Shown: positions 26,653-39,936, numbered from the whole stretch's first letter. The stretch: 63,634 nucleotides of DNA, filler included, from Sphacelaria rigidula (GCA_964200075.2; 9 parts of 9 records of this genome joined end to end with filler, not necessarily neighbours in it); one strand, 5' to 3'. The notes: a model not told the origin generated them from the letters alone. Program-made: numbers and translations.

Positions 26653-27649
26653 CTGGGGTAGTTTTTTTACGCAAGTTCCTGTCGCGGAGTTTAGCAGTGG
26701 CATTGCGCTCGAAAACATGTCACACGAACCGTTGGCTTTTCTGAGTGGTATTTTTAGGGGTTCACAGTTGTGGTGGGCGACAGTGGACAAAGAAGGTTTC
26801 GCAATAGTCAATACATTTCGAAGACTAGAGTACTTGCTTTGGGGTGGTGTCCGCATTTTCACCGATCATCGCAATCTGAGGTACATGTTCAATCCCGAAG
26901 AGTATGTCACATCGGTAACGAAGGTCATGGCACAACGGCTTGAAAATTGGAAAGGAGTACTAGGCCAATATCGATATGCCATTGAACACATTCCTGGAGA
27001 GCGCAATTGTTGGGTAGATTTGTTGTCTCGCTGGGTGAACGTTCCTACCGTGCCTGTTCGTTCTGTTGCCGTGCACAGCCCGTGTGATGCCGATGATTCG
27101 CTGCCCTCGTTAGATGTCACTCGTACCGCGCAGCGCAAAACAGTCGGCGACGGTGTTCATTCTTTGCCTACGACTTTCGGTCAAGCTACTATGACTGACG
27201 ATGGTTTATTTCGCGTACGTGTTGGCAGTAGTGATATTTTGTGGATTCCGCCGGATAATAAGGCTCTACNNNNNNNNNNCACATGCGGTCGGCTGGTCAT
27301 CGTGGTGTGGCGCCGACTCTGTTTCGTTTGAAAGAACACTGTGTGTGGCCTCACATGGATTCCCACGTTCGCGAGTTCGTTCGCCAGTGTTTGCATTGTG
27401 TAGACACTCGTGTTGGTGAGATTGCACCTCGTCCGTATGGCGATACTGTGCATGGCACTGCGCAAGGTGAAGTTGTTAAGTTTGATTTTATGTACGTCGG
27501 AAGTAGCGGACCTGAAGGTGCTAATGCTTTGCCTGAGGAGGATGGTTTTCAGTATGTCTTGGTTATCATGGATGGTTTTATACGTCGGACGAGCACGAGT
27601 GTGACTCGTGGCACTTGCACTCGTTGGGCTCCTCGTTGGCCGTAAAATG

Positions 27650-28027
27650 AATAGGACGAGCACTCGAGTCATTGCTCGTTGTGGAAAAAATCAATACGGC
27701 GAGCACTGGGACCATTGCCCGTTGTGGTGACAAATGAATAGGGGGAGCACTCGAGTCATTGCTCGTTGTGGAATAAATCAATATGGCGAGCACTCGAGTC
27801 ATTGCTCGTCGTGGAAACAAAACCAATACGGCGAGCACTCGAGTCATTGCTCGTTGGGGAAACAAATGAACAGGATGAGCACTCGAGTCGTTGCTCGTTG
27901 AGGAAACAATTAATAGAGCGAGCACTCGAGTCATTGCTCGTTGTGGAAACAATTAATAGGGCGAGCACTCGAGCCATTACTCGTTGTGGAAAAAATTAAT
28001 AGGGCGAGCGCTTGAGTCGTTGCTCGT
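27650..28027. repeat. Minisatellite, 9 units of 43-45 bp, each with a hairpin
   Basis: Consensus GCGAGCACTCGAGTCATTGCTCGTTGTGGAAACAATTAATAGG; unit starts near 27658, 27701, 27745, 27788, 27833, 27877, 27920, 27963, 28006. Confidence 0.92.
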
Positions 28028-29204
28028 GAAGAACGACTTCAGTGGAGGAGTTAGTAACCCGACGGGCAAATAATTATAATGAGTTCTTTGACGATCTTGA
28101 ACCAAAAATCTTCAAGTTCATATGCATATCTGCACATGTACAAGCGTCAACCGCAAACACAGGTGGTCCAGTACTTGCCTGCGCGACTGGCGGAACTTCA
28201 CGACTTGGATGTATCCATCGTCGCGGGANNNNNNNNNNNNNNNNNNNNNNNNNNNNNNNNNNNNNNNNNNNNTTAATTAATTAANNNNNNNNNNNNNNNN
28301 NNNNNNNNNNNNNNNNNNNNNNNNNNNNAGGCGCGTCCTGTCCGAAAGGAGAGGCAGAGAGAATCGATCTTCGCGTTGGCGACAGGCAAGAAGAGACGAC
28401 GGAATCTCTCCGCACGTTGATGTTCTGGCACATGAACATTTTGGCACATGCTGGTAACATCGATGATGCCAGTCTCTCGAGAGTTTGGAACTCGCCGAGC
28501 GGCGACACACGAAGGACGCGGGCGAGGAGCTTCCTCTCGGTCGTTGCTTCTCTCTCTGGTGATATTGTCATCGACACGCGTGTACACCGCATTCGTGAGG
28601 TGCACCTAGCCACAGCTGCTCAACTGCTGTGGACATTTGGGGGGGGGAATGGCTTCGATAGGTCGCTAGTGTTTCGCGTCTTCCCTGCAAGAGAGCAATG
28701 CCACTTCGACCCCATTTTAGAGATCAACCCCAAAAATTAAAATCAGCTGTTAATTGATGGGCAAAAGGAAGATTTGTTTCGAACAGCTTTTGCTTTTCAA
28801 ATTCCACCTACCAGTGTATATGGGATTTGTACAGCTTCTGCTGTTCGAAATATATCCTTCATGCCCAACGTCGGGTATGGAGAATTTATTTCGAACAGCA
28901 GGGGTTGTCCAAATTGCATTTCCCATGGCATGCACGCGCGTTCAAAAACAATCCAGAGGATTTCGACAGAGACATTCGAGGGAGACCCCAACCTTGAAAA
29001 CCTTCTAGAGGATGACAAATGCCCAACACCCTCTAGAGGATTACAAATAAATGCCCAATATCCTCTAGAGGGCATTTTAAATACGGACGCTAGGTAGGGT
29101 TTTGTTTTACAAAATCCTCTACAAGTAGCCGAATGGTCGCGTGTGGTGCGTTTACGCACAAACACTACCTTCCACATGCACCTGCAGGCGCAAGGTACTG
29201 GCGG

Positions 29205-29292
29205 AAAAAATAACTGTTCAGGTTGGACGGGGAATCAAACCCTCGACTTCATCGTTATATAGTCAACCGATTACACACGGAGCTACGCGTGG
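29205..29292 (-). repeat. tRNA-derived SINE-like head
   Basis: Minus strand: A-box-like TAGCTCCGTGTG, B-box-like GGTTTGATTCCC, then T6. A similar layout occurs at 42699-42770 (GAGTTCGATTCCC, T6). No clean cloverleaf. Confidence 0.45.
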
Positions 29293-30559
29293 TAGTCGTC
29301 GTGGATAAAGTGTATTCTTTGTACTTCTGAATTTTGGGTCCCTCGAAGATCCGTGTCAATAACCCTGAAATCCCCCGAATTGTTTTTGGAGGCACAAGTG
29401 TAATGGAAATCTGGAATTTGGACAGCCTCTGCTGTTCGAAATGAATCCTAATTCCAAACTTGGAATAGGGCAAAAATCATTCATTTTGAAGAGCTTAAGC
29501 TGTATAGATAATCCCATATACATTGTATAATAACGGATTGCAATTTACCTCGGTGATGGATACATATACCCGATGAAAACCCCGTAGCCCCGTGGCGACG
29601 AAACTAAAACAATATACAGGGAATAATGAAACATCTCATCGCGCGGTTGATACTGCGTTCTTGGGATATATATTCACAACAATAAACTGTACTGGACTGT
29701 TCAATACCATTGCATGCGGGATAGTACGCTATACCGCCATGCTTATACGTGCAGCGCCATGTACTGCAGATGGCTGGCTATGTATACAATGTAGATTCCT
29801 GCACCTTATTTTGATATATGGGGCGGGTGTTATATACCGTCACGACCTCCAGTTTTTCACGCGCGTTCTACAGCATATTTGCGCAGAGCTGCTGCAGCAC
29901 AGTAATTAGGGTGTGAAAGGGAAGAGGGGAAGTACAGTAAAGATAGCGCAGGACAATGTATATGTATGTTCTCTACCTACAGTGCGACGTGAAAAGGACT
30001 TGAACAACGTGCAGCATATCGTACGCGGCCTGTATGCTGCACTATGTTATATCGCGGTGCGTCCGCAGCATGCATATGATGAATGTGTATGTACATAATA
30101 TAGGCGGCCGGTTGATTGTTCCTCGCACCCCCCTATACGCACCCCGCGTATGTCGTCGCCGCGCGATGTCGCGACCATGAAAGAAGGTGCTCAAGTTTCC
30201 ACCAACGAGAAATACATCGTATCCACCCTCACGGCAGTGTGTAGTGTGTATGTGTCTATATCTCTGTGTCCAACCCATGCTCTTTGCTGCAGGGTTGTGG
30301 TGGTATAGCTGGGCGGAATAATACTGCTGTGCGGGCGGGTGTTCATTGATGTTCGATTTGTGTGCGGTGATATTTACAGAGTATAGATATCTTGGGGTGA
30401 TGGTCTATACACTATAATTGATCAAGTTATATTTCCTAAACATGGTTGGTGTTGGTAGACCATTGAATACGCGGTTTTGTTAAGTATGTGGATAGATGGG
30501 CGAGGTATACGCAATCGTCCAGCATCTTGCCACGCCCCCCCAGGGGTTTCAGATGAAGC

Positions 30560-31130
30560 ACAGGTGTGGACATCCACACGTATCCAACGTGTGGGATTTC
30601 TATTCAGCGAAAGCTGTTGAGAGCTATTCATCCATGTACACATGGACTAGGGGGCAAAAGGATTAATGCCTTTCAGCAACTTTTTTCTGCGTGTCGGATC
30701 CCATGCGCTGGTAACGGTGCTGCAGTGTGCGGGATTTGCTCAGCAGCTGATGCTGCTCGCAACAAATCTCTTTTCCCCCAATCCCCGGATGAATTGGAGG
30801 GCAAAGTAAAGATTTATTTTCAAGCTTCTTCCGCTGTTCAAATTCCGAATCTGCCAGTGTGCACGGGATTTGCGCAGCAGAATAAGCTGTTCGAAATGGA
30901 TCCTTTTTTCGCTCATTTCAAAAATGGGCGAAAAAAGGATCGATCTTGAACAGCTTATTCTGCTGTTCGAAATAATTTTTTTTTTTTGCCAAAATAAATT
31001 GGGCGAAAAAAGGATATGTTTTGAATAGCTTGTCCTGCTGTCCAAAATAAATTCCTTTTCGCTCGACTCAAATCGGGTGAAGAGGAATTTACCTCGGACA
31101 GGAGGACAAGCTATTGAAAATATATAAATT
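30560..31130. repeat. Dispersed repeat rich in the GCTGTTCGAAAT motif
   Basis: Inverted homolog at ~44690-45205; related motif clusters at 28770-28920 and 29400-29500. Confidence 0.7.
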
Positions 31131-31561
31131 TACAGATTTTGAACCAAAATATTTGGAACTTTCAAACAAAAAAAAACGTCAGGGATTTCTACCAAAACAC
31201 CACCACACTGTGGAGGACCCTGTACGGACCCTGCAAAGTGCGCTCCACAGTGTGCTATCTGTCCACGGGTGTTTGCCATGAATGTAGGTCAGGGAAAGCA
31301 CGGCTTTCAAGTTGAACCTAATTTTTTTCAACCCCATTTTCGAGAATCCACTGTGTAGTACAATCGGAGTCGAAATTTTGACACGGTTTCAAATGTCGAC
31401 TGACGGTAGATGATGGGGGGGGGGGGGGGCGAGGGGTTGTAGTTGCAAACTGCCCGGGGGAAAGAGCCAAGGCAGGAGGACCCGTGGTCCAGAGGGGAAA
31501 AATCCCNNNNNNNNNNTTGGGGTATAAACTGGGGGTTGGAAGTTTGATGGTGTTGTAAGAT

Positions 31562-31594
<33 letters not shown>

Positions 31595-31900
31595 CGATAG
31601 CTTGTAGCTTGAAGCTTGCCGGGCGAAAGACCTAAGGCTGCAGTATCCTGTGTCCAGAGGCTACAATGACCCACTGCTGCATCATGTATCATGAGTGTAC
31701 AGTATGAAGTGGCATTTAACAGCCGATCTTAATTTTTGGGGTTGAACTATAAAATGAGGTTCAACCCGCAAATCGCTTCCATTGGGAAAAAACCAAACAG
31801 TAACACAAAAGGAAGATATTTTCCCCCGAAACTCCACAGGAGGAGTTGGGCAGTTCGGGCTAGGTGCACCCAACGAGTGCGGTGTACACGCGTGTCGATG

Positions 31901-32189
31901 CGCGGGTGGCCACTGGGGTCTATAACCTGGTCGTTTTGGGACCTTATCCACTTTTGGTAAGGTCCGCGGATTAGGTGAACAACTGAAGAGCATTCGCACA
32001 GCATGGACAGGTTCGAAACCAAACATGTTCCAGTCTACAGAGGAGTCACCCGCCTATAGACTGGGACATGTTTTTTTCGATCCTGTCCATGCTGTGCGAA
32101 TGCTCCTCAGTCTACCCAATCCGCGGACCTTACCAAAGGCGGATAAGGTCCCAAAATGGCCAGGTTACAGACCCCAGTGGCCACCCGTG
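31901..32189. mobile_element. 289-bp foldback MITE with 2-bp TG TSD inside an AACAG-family copy
   Basis: ~125-bp arms; excision restores GTCGATGGCGATATCACC, matching the intact copy at 13668. Confidence 0.88.
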
Positions 32190-33184
32190 TGGCGATATCA
32201 CCAGAGAGAGAAGCAACGGCAGAGAGGAAGCTCCTCGCCCGTGTCCTTCGTGTGTCCTCGCTCGGCGATTACCAAGCGCTCGAGAGACTAGCATCATGCA
32301 TGTTACCAGCATGAACCGAATTTTCCATGTTGTGCCTTAAGCCCGACCTGCGGAGAGATCTCGTCTCTTCGTCTTGCCTGAGCACCTCATCATCGATGCG
32401 AAGATCAATTTCTCTCTGGCTCTCTTTTTGGACAGTACACGCCTCTGTGCGCTGAACAACATGTTCTTGAAAAACAGGGCAATATTTCCGTCACCGCTAC
32501 TACTGTTCTCTGTCACACACATGCCCGCAAGGACGGTGCTGCGGCAAAACCAGATAGATCCAATACGAACCTAGGGGGTGTTATTCATCGTCGATTGTCC
32601 GCCACCCCAACCGGGCGCTTGACCACACGCAAGTTGGGGGGAGTGCACGAGAGATCAAAAACTTGTGAAGACCTTCTTTACATGCAGAGTGAAAAAAGAT
32701 ACCCATGGTGGTGACCTAACTGTTGCTAGCATCGTGCAGAGGGGTGCGTCAGCTGCGATCTGGAGCTTTCGTTGATATACTCTGCTGACTGCCTCCCGTC
32801 TACAGACGTCTGCCTTAGACGTCACACTCGGTAATAATATCACATGTTGTTATGAACCCAAATACGGAATACCTTTGGAAACGAAAGAGTTCGTGTTTTC
32901 AAAGTACGTCGACATGGTTGAAATGACTCTCCTTACCCGACGGAAAGTGTCCGCTTTAGGTGGTTTGCGGCGGCGTTCAAACTCAATGATCAAAGAAAAC
33001 TCCAATTTTCAGTTAATTTTTTTTTTCAACTTCAAATACCCAAAGTGTCGTCTTCTCCTCATGCTAAAAGGCGCGCCTCGTTAGGGAATATTGTCACAGC
33101 ATCACAACAAGGGCGCGAAGGGTGCGCATCAAGTACGCATATTTTCCCTGAAAAGGGCTCAAAAATGGGGCATAAAAAAGGCCA

Positions 33185-33610
33185 CACGGGACTTTACAAA
33201 TTGGGGATGGATCTTTCATTGGGGATGAAAGCCCGGAGGATTAAATCTTCGTATCCACACCAAATCTTCGAAGTATGTTTCCATTTCTTCACTCGCTGGT
33301 AGCTATTGACAACTACAACATGCCATACATATTTGGATTTCGATTACCGAAATATCGGAGTCCTAGGTGAAAAAACAGTTGTGGCGTCCGATCGGACACC
33401 TGAAATCCCTCTAAATTGTTTTTTCACCTAGGACGGCGACATTTCGGTTACCGCATTCCAAATTTGCATGGTTTGCAGTAGCTGTCAACAGCTACCAGTG
33501 AGTAGAGAAATGGAAGCATACCTCGAAGATTTGGTGTGGATACGAAGATTTTAATCCTCCGGGTTTTCATCCCCAATAAAACATCCGTCCCCAATTTGTA
33601 AAACCCCGTG
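33185..33610. mobile_element. Foldback MITE, second copy of 15981-16407
   Basis: Same arms (GTATCCACACCAAATCTTCGAAGTATG) and CACGGG/CCCGTG ends. Confidence 0.88.
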
Positions 33611-33778
33611 TTAGGGGGGAACGCCTTTATACAAAAATGAAAAACGGAACTTTTGTTTAACGGGCTTATAGGCTACTTCTTATGTATAAAAAACACGTTG
33701 TCAGAAAAGCCCTTTTCCAACAGCGCAATTTTCCACGTATTTTTCCGAAGTAGCCCTTCTTACGTGATGGACGCACTA

Positions 33779-34351
33779 TGTGACGGTTTAAGAGACAACC
33801 AACTAGACTACTGACCAGTTAGCGCTGACTGGTCAGTAGTCTAGTTGGTTGTCTCTTAAACCGCCACAAAAGTTAGCCGTGGGGGTTCGACCCCCGTCAC
33901 TTTCACTCCGAGGAGGGCGACTCCCCTTGTCAGCGCTCTATCGACTGCAATCAGGACCTCTATAATGTTGTCACTCTTACCGTACCCTTGAGGTACTCGT
34001 CTCCCCCACTCATTCCAGAGTGTGTGCACTGGGGTACTTAGTAGTACACTCCGAACATAGCCACTAGGCTATACCCCACCCTTCTTTTGGACCAATCTTT
34101 TACGGTGGTTTTCTCTCCTCTTTTTTCTTCAAAGAAAGTGCGTTCGACGGGAATCGAACCAGCGACTAACTTTTGTGACGGTTTAAGAGACAACCAACTA
34201 GGCTACTGATCAGTCAGCTCTGACTGGTGAATGTGACGGGGATTGAACCCTCACGACTAACTTTTGTGACGGTTCAAGAGACAACCAACTAGACTACTGA
34301 CCAGTCAGCGACTGGTCAGTAGTCTAGTTGGTTGTCTCTTGAACCGTCACA
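33779..34351. mobile_element. TIR element with terminal hairpins and tRNA-like (Pol III A/B box) units
   Basis: Palindromes at 33779-33868 and 34264-34352; ~120-bp TIRs; A-box-like TAGTCTAGTTGG and B-box GGTTCGACCCC; a third unit at 34146-34228. Confidence 0.7.
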
Positions 34352-37300
34352 ACGATCAAAATTGGGAACGCAGTGATCATCGTTTTCTATGAGGTGTGCT
34401 GGCATGATTTCATTTCTGGGGCGCGAGAGAGAGACGCAGCATTCTGCTGTCGTGTCGTGGTGTACGGTCCGTACTGACTGTCTGTAATACTGCGATACAC
34501 TGCCTGAGCAATACATGGTGGGCTGCGTGACGCAACAATATCAATACGAACACCGCCTTGCCGTACTCACTGACTTTGCAAGTGACGGTTGTGCTTGTTC
34601 ACTGCACGGTAGTACTTGACTGAAAGGACAGCACGGACAACAGTACACACAGCAGTACTGTTATAGGCGCGCCTGACCCCCCAAACTGGGCAAAAAAAGT
34701 GTCACCGACCAAGAGCACGAAAAGACACGAACAGATCGACTTTTGGGGCTTATTCAGGCTCGTCGGGTAAAATATGCCTAACGTCATCGGAAGAGAACGA
34801 CATGGATCCAAAATTCATATAGAGAACCCTACCGTTACTTCCGTCGTTGTTCCATATATGCTGGATGCCACTGCGCCACTGCGTAGCTTTTCGTCCATGC
34901 TTGCGATACGCTGGAGTGCCAGGAGGCTAGTTGGGTTGGTCCAACCCAACGCACACCGAGAAACCTCGGGCAAGGGCGGTACATACATTCTCTGAACAAA
35001 GTGAGGCCTTGGTGGACCCCAAATCTGCGCCTGTGCGGCCGATTTCAACGAAAACACGTTCTGCTCATACGAGGAGCCCACGGGACTGTCAGTGCTACTT
35101 GAAATCCGATTCATGTTGTACACATTCAAACCAAGTAATATAAACCATGATTATTTGTAGCCCAACGCCTCAACCGGGAACGCTGAACCATTTATTTTTA
35201 CAAGATCATATGCTCAATATGCGACAGAACCATATGTACTGATGAACTACAACGAGGACGGCCCTTGCACAGACGCGTGGAGTACATTCGCCGGGTGTGT
35301 CATGTAGGCTNNNNNNNNNNNNNNNNNNNNNNNNNNNNNNNNNNNNNNNNNNNNTTAATTAATTAANNNNNNNNNNNNNNNNNNNNNNNNNNNNNNNNNN
35401 NNNNNNNNNNCTCACGTTTAGTCTACAAAGCTGCGGCTGTGAAAGGTACGGATACGCATCAAGTCTTGCCGCTGCCTAAACCCAGCCCATGACCTCAGCT
35501 TTCACGGTAGCAACTTCATGTTGTGTCGATCGGCGCCCGGGCTTGCCTATTCGAAGCTTGCGGCCTTTTCGATCACTTATCTTCTGTTATCAGCGCATCG
35601 TGTGTAGCACAATGTTGTGACAGCTAACCACGTATCTCATCCGCGACGGGTCCGTTTGCTCCGTGCGATGCCTTGAACGATAGCTAGAGACTGTGTGAGG
35701 GTTTTCCATGTGTTGCTGTGTCCATGCGGGGCTTGTGGGACGGATGCTGAACGCTGACGGATGTAACAGATTACGTCAACGTTGGTGGATGTAACACAGT
35801 ACGTCAACTTTGACGTAAATAGCAAGACCCTATTTCATAGCCTCAAAACGAGCGTTAAAAGGTGAGAGAAGGCGCTTTCCTCGTCTTCTCTCAGGCGTTA
35901 AGAAAACGACGGCACAATGTTTCGAGCCCTACGAAGAATCGCAAGGGACAGTTAGTTTTCCATCAATGAATTTTCACGTCCGTAGAACGTTTCCAGCAGC
36001 AAAAAGTTCGATTCCGAAACACGATCGGGTGCACGTTACTTCTCTTGAATACCATTCCCAATATATCATTTCTAGATATGTTTGGAAAAGCTGTTGCATC
36101 GCGAAGGACACTTGTAAAGCGAAAATGGTCCGAGCTTTTGTTCAAACCGACCACCTTTCCGCGATGGTGATGGTCGAGCAATGTCAGGGACCGAGAAGAC
36201 AGAATCGCCAGGCCACCAGAGAGATGAAAATACTATTTTCAACAATGAAAAATCAGAGTTTCGCTGCAGGAGCTCAACTCACCCCTTCTACGGAAAAAAT
36301 ACAGAAGTAGGGCCCAACCGCGCGTGCAGGAGCTCAAGGACCGATATGCGATGCGATCAACGTGACATCCGACCTGTTAAAGACAGTAGGGTGATATCTT
36401 GGTCTAGGATCAGCCTCGAATGATTGCTTAGATAGTTGTACACTCCGAGATGCTCACAATCAATCACTTTCAACACAACGTAGAGTCGAATGAAACAAAT
36501 ACTGCACGGTTAGGACGACGCACGGTTTACACGAGTTGACTCCTCATGACATGACAGGAGTCTCCCTGTATTCAAGTGTTCGTCCCGCATGCACCCGACG
36601 GTGAATAACATATGCAGTACAGTCATCTCAACCGCATACAGATTGGGAGAAAAGTACGACCGATGCAGGGCTCATGTCATGACAGGATTCAACGATGTGC
36701 CGACTCTTCGTCCCGCACGGAGACATACGCATGACATAGATGTACATGCCATTCACGCCTCATGGTCAGTGTGGGTGGCATGTACAATCGATCCATTCCG
36801 TATTGTTTCTACACGGGGTTAACATGTGTCCATGACCTACCCCCTATGACTTGGAGGTGTGAAACGGGTGCCGTTGACAGTGTACTGCACGACACAAGAG
36901 CTCGAAACCTGTATGAAATACAAATGATGTACAACTCGTATGATTTATTCGTTGAGATGATGAACATGAGTTGAATCACGATTCGTTTCATTTCCTTCCT
37001 AACCGTGAAATACTGTACTTTGCCGTCTTTTACCCTCAACAAGTTTTCAACTCACTGGTCGGCTTTCTCCTTGAGAATATGTTTACCCGAAGCAGGTAGT
37101 GGCTGGATGTGCAGCAGATGATCAGAACCTTGAAGATGTGATTAATTAGTTTTTTCTGTAACGCTGGCTTCCAAATTGAAGGTGAACAACGAAGTGATGC
37201 CAGGTGGCGATGACCCACTGCCGAATCATGCTATGAAACTACAGTATAAAAAAAAAGACAACGACCAACACACGACACCGCAACAAAATCTATCTAATCA

Positions 37301-38567
37301 CGAATTTCAAGCTTCATAGCATACACAGACCTTCATCCTTCAACAGCTGCTATTGGTCGTTACTCAACCGAAAATCAATGACCGTATGCCTACAAAACCA
37401 CGTCATCCAACACCCGGTAGCGACCACGACACACGTGCTTTGAAACGCAACATGTGTAGCAGCTGCTTCGTCATCCGGTGTATGTGTAAACTTTCACCTA
37501 AGATCTACTCCTCCTACCCGCGAGTCATATCTCGTCTGTATCTTCATACTCAGTCTTATCAAATCACAGATAAACGACGACTGTGCCTTGTACGAGTAAT
37601 GATGAGTACCCACTACTTCGGCAAATGACAGAAGAATGTCTACTGGGCAACGAATTGGGAAGCTGCGGGCACCATGTCCCTCTCCATGTCTCCATTTCAC
37701 TAACATGACGCACACTGCACAAATGCATGAAATGTTAACGTATTATTCAGCTCTTTCTAGAGAGCGCTACATGAAATACAAAATTTCTGAAACGAGAGAA
37801 GAAAGAAAGTCTCATGTACATTGTACCGTACCGTAGTATACCAAACTGCCCACTACCAACAGAAGAGGGGTACGGTCGCAGTCCGCATGAGGCGTGGCGC
37901 TACTCGACACCACCTCAGAATAACGATAATACTTGGAACCAACCACCTCACCAAGCCTACAATGTTCATGTATATACATGATGACGCCATCTCTTCTGCG
38001 CTGCGACCATTGATAAGAAGTTAGCGTCCGAGAAGCGCATTCCACACCAAGTACACCGCATTGTTTGGGCAACAGGGTTTTTCTAGTTTCTCCAGCATCC
38101 CTGAAGGGGTCTAGGAGTAGGCGTACCACGCGGTAACCTACAGCAATACAACAGGTAGTGACGCACTTATTTTCCTTTTCCGACGGTGGCGATAGGTTCA
38201 CCGCACACAAGCACACAAAATGCTACAAGAATCCAGAAGTTCTGACCACATCCCGCTTGCGGAGGAGGTGACAGGAGGAGGGGGCAACTAAACAAACAAG
38301 TCGCGACAACAGAAGTATTGTACAGTCCTACTGTACACTCTTACTCGATGGTCTCAAATTCTAGGGCCGGTACTGGATGCCAAACGTTTTTAGAGCGCCC
38401 TTACAAATGAAGCAAGCCATTGTCCAACTACTGAGCTGCACGCGGTTTCAACTAGCTTTACGAGGGAAAATAAGGGTAGTGCCAGACAGAAGTGCCTTGG
38501 AACAACACAAGCCCCGTTTGGTGATACGGGGCGAATAGAGATTCTAGAAACATCGCAAGCAATACAA

Positions 38568-38642
38568 TTACTGTTCCCCGCAGAACCAGAGGTCAAGAGG
38601 ACCACCGCCTATGGTGGGATCGATTGCGACCTTCGGGCAGTT
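38568..38642 (-). CDS. GGAI/FxxN repeat protein, terminal exon (NCPKVAIDPTIGGGPLDLWFCGEQ*)
   Basis: CAG acceptor, phase 0 matching the upstream exon, TAA stop at 38568-38570. Confidence 0.72.
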   Translation of the reverse strand, partial: NCPKVAIDPTIGGGPLDLWFCGEQ

Positions 38643-39128
38643 CTGTGTTCCAAAAATCGCCAGGCAGAGGCAAGTAAGGGCGGAGAGGCGGGGAGGCGGG
38701 GAGGGGGCAAGCGGCGATTTGGGTAGGTTGGTTAGGAGGGATTCGATCACTTCATTCTGTCAGACACGTTGAAGATCCATCGCTTCAGATCAATCTTTCG
38801 ATGAACAATCGCTGCTTAGCACAGAGCGCGGGAGGGGACACCCTTCGCTCATCCCCGGGTTTGCCAGTGATGTCGTTGTGTCGCCTAGGTTCAACGACAC
38901 GAGAGCAACACAATGAACACCAACGAACGAGCGCATGCTCACATCCATGCGCCGCGCGTGTGGCCATCGAATGTACAGCGAATGCCTACCCACGTGTACA
39001 CATGTGGGTCGACGTTAGTCTTGACCGTAGCCACAAGAAACAAACCGTAAGTTCATCAGCGTATGTCTGTCAGGGACAACATTAATTCTTGTTCCGTTAG
39101 TTTATTGCGTTTTTTTCGTCAAACTCAC

Positions 39129-39261
39129 GATATTTTCGTCGATTTCGAGGAACTCCAGATCTTCGAGGTCCTCTGGGAACGTGAGAGTTCCTGCCCCGGA
39201 ACTGAAAAGTTGGCCACCCCACAACGCGGAGTTACTGATGAAGGTTGTCTTGCCCATGAAC
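39129..39261 (-). CDS. GGAI/FxxN repeat protein, internal exon (FMGKTTFISNSALWGGQLFS...DENI)
   Basis: CAG acceptor, GTGAGT donor, 133 nt; completes the split ACG codon from the upstream exon. Confidence 0.82.
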
Positions 39262-39936
39262 CTGTGAAGACGACCACCACACCGTCGCAAACGTACTTCA
39301 GTAGAGAATTGCTAGGCCAAGGATGATTCATGATAAACTTTTGAAGTAAGTTTCCCCAGTCAACAACGCGTTGCAAAGTGCTGAATGCAAAAATGATGAG
39401 CTGGAGAGGTACGGGATCAAGAACTGCCCTTGACATTGTCACCGCATATGTAATGTAGTAACTAGTATGCAAAGTCGTCATCATACACAGCGTAATAGTA
39501 CCTCAGCCGTCCACTGTTCGAGTGCACCACTTTCTCCAACTACGACACGATGTTGATCGCAAACAATGAACAATAGCATACATGTGATCGCGTGAACGCA
39601 AAGAGCCAACACAAAACACATGCTGAACACACCAATTCTCTAGTACTCCGGCAAAAAAAACAAAATCTTCTAATACCAACACATTAGTTCGTACAGGCGC
39701 TGTGTACTGCACGAGTCAGCCGTAACCGACTGTGCAAGCCCATTTGGTACGATGCCAATAGCTCCTTCTTGTGGTATGCTGTGTACAGTCCTTCCAATAA
39801 GACCATTGGCCTCGCCTCCCTACGAAGCCGGGACGGAGCACGCAGGGTTTTCGCCGGACAGGGGGCAGGGAGGCGGGGGCAACACTTAAGCCGCAAGCAA
39901 CACTACCCCGTGCTGGGTGGGCAGTAAATCCCTCAC

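Larger units (their letters stand above)
23830..27580 (+). mobile_element. Ty3/gypsy LTR retrotransposon gag-pol, inactivated
   Basis: Zinc knuckle CYNCGDTGHVVKDC; RT LDLLQGYWQ, PQGVLNA, VWVDD; RNase H FPDAS, DKEGFAIV, FTDHRNL; integrase GHRG...CLHC and FDFMY. ORFs 24120, 24678, 25002 and 25389 share one frame broken by single stops. Confidence 0.95.

Noticed and set aside
27650-28027. CRISPR array
   Set aside because: The would-be spacers are only ~15-20 bp and similar to each other, there are no cas genes, and the context is eukaryotic.
33829-33900. Functional tRNA gene
   Set aside because: A/B boxes are present but there is no proper acceptor or anticodon stem; treated as a tRNA-derived repeat.
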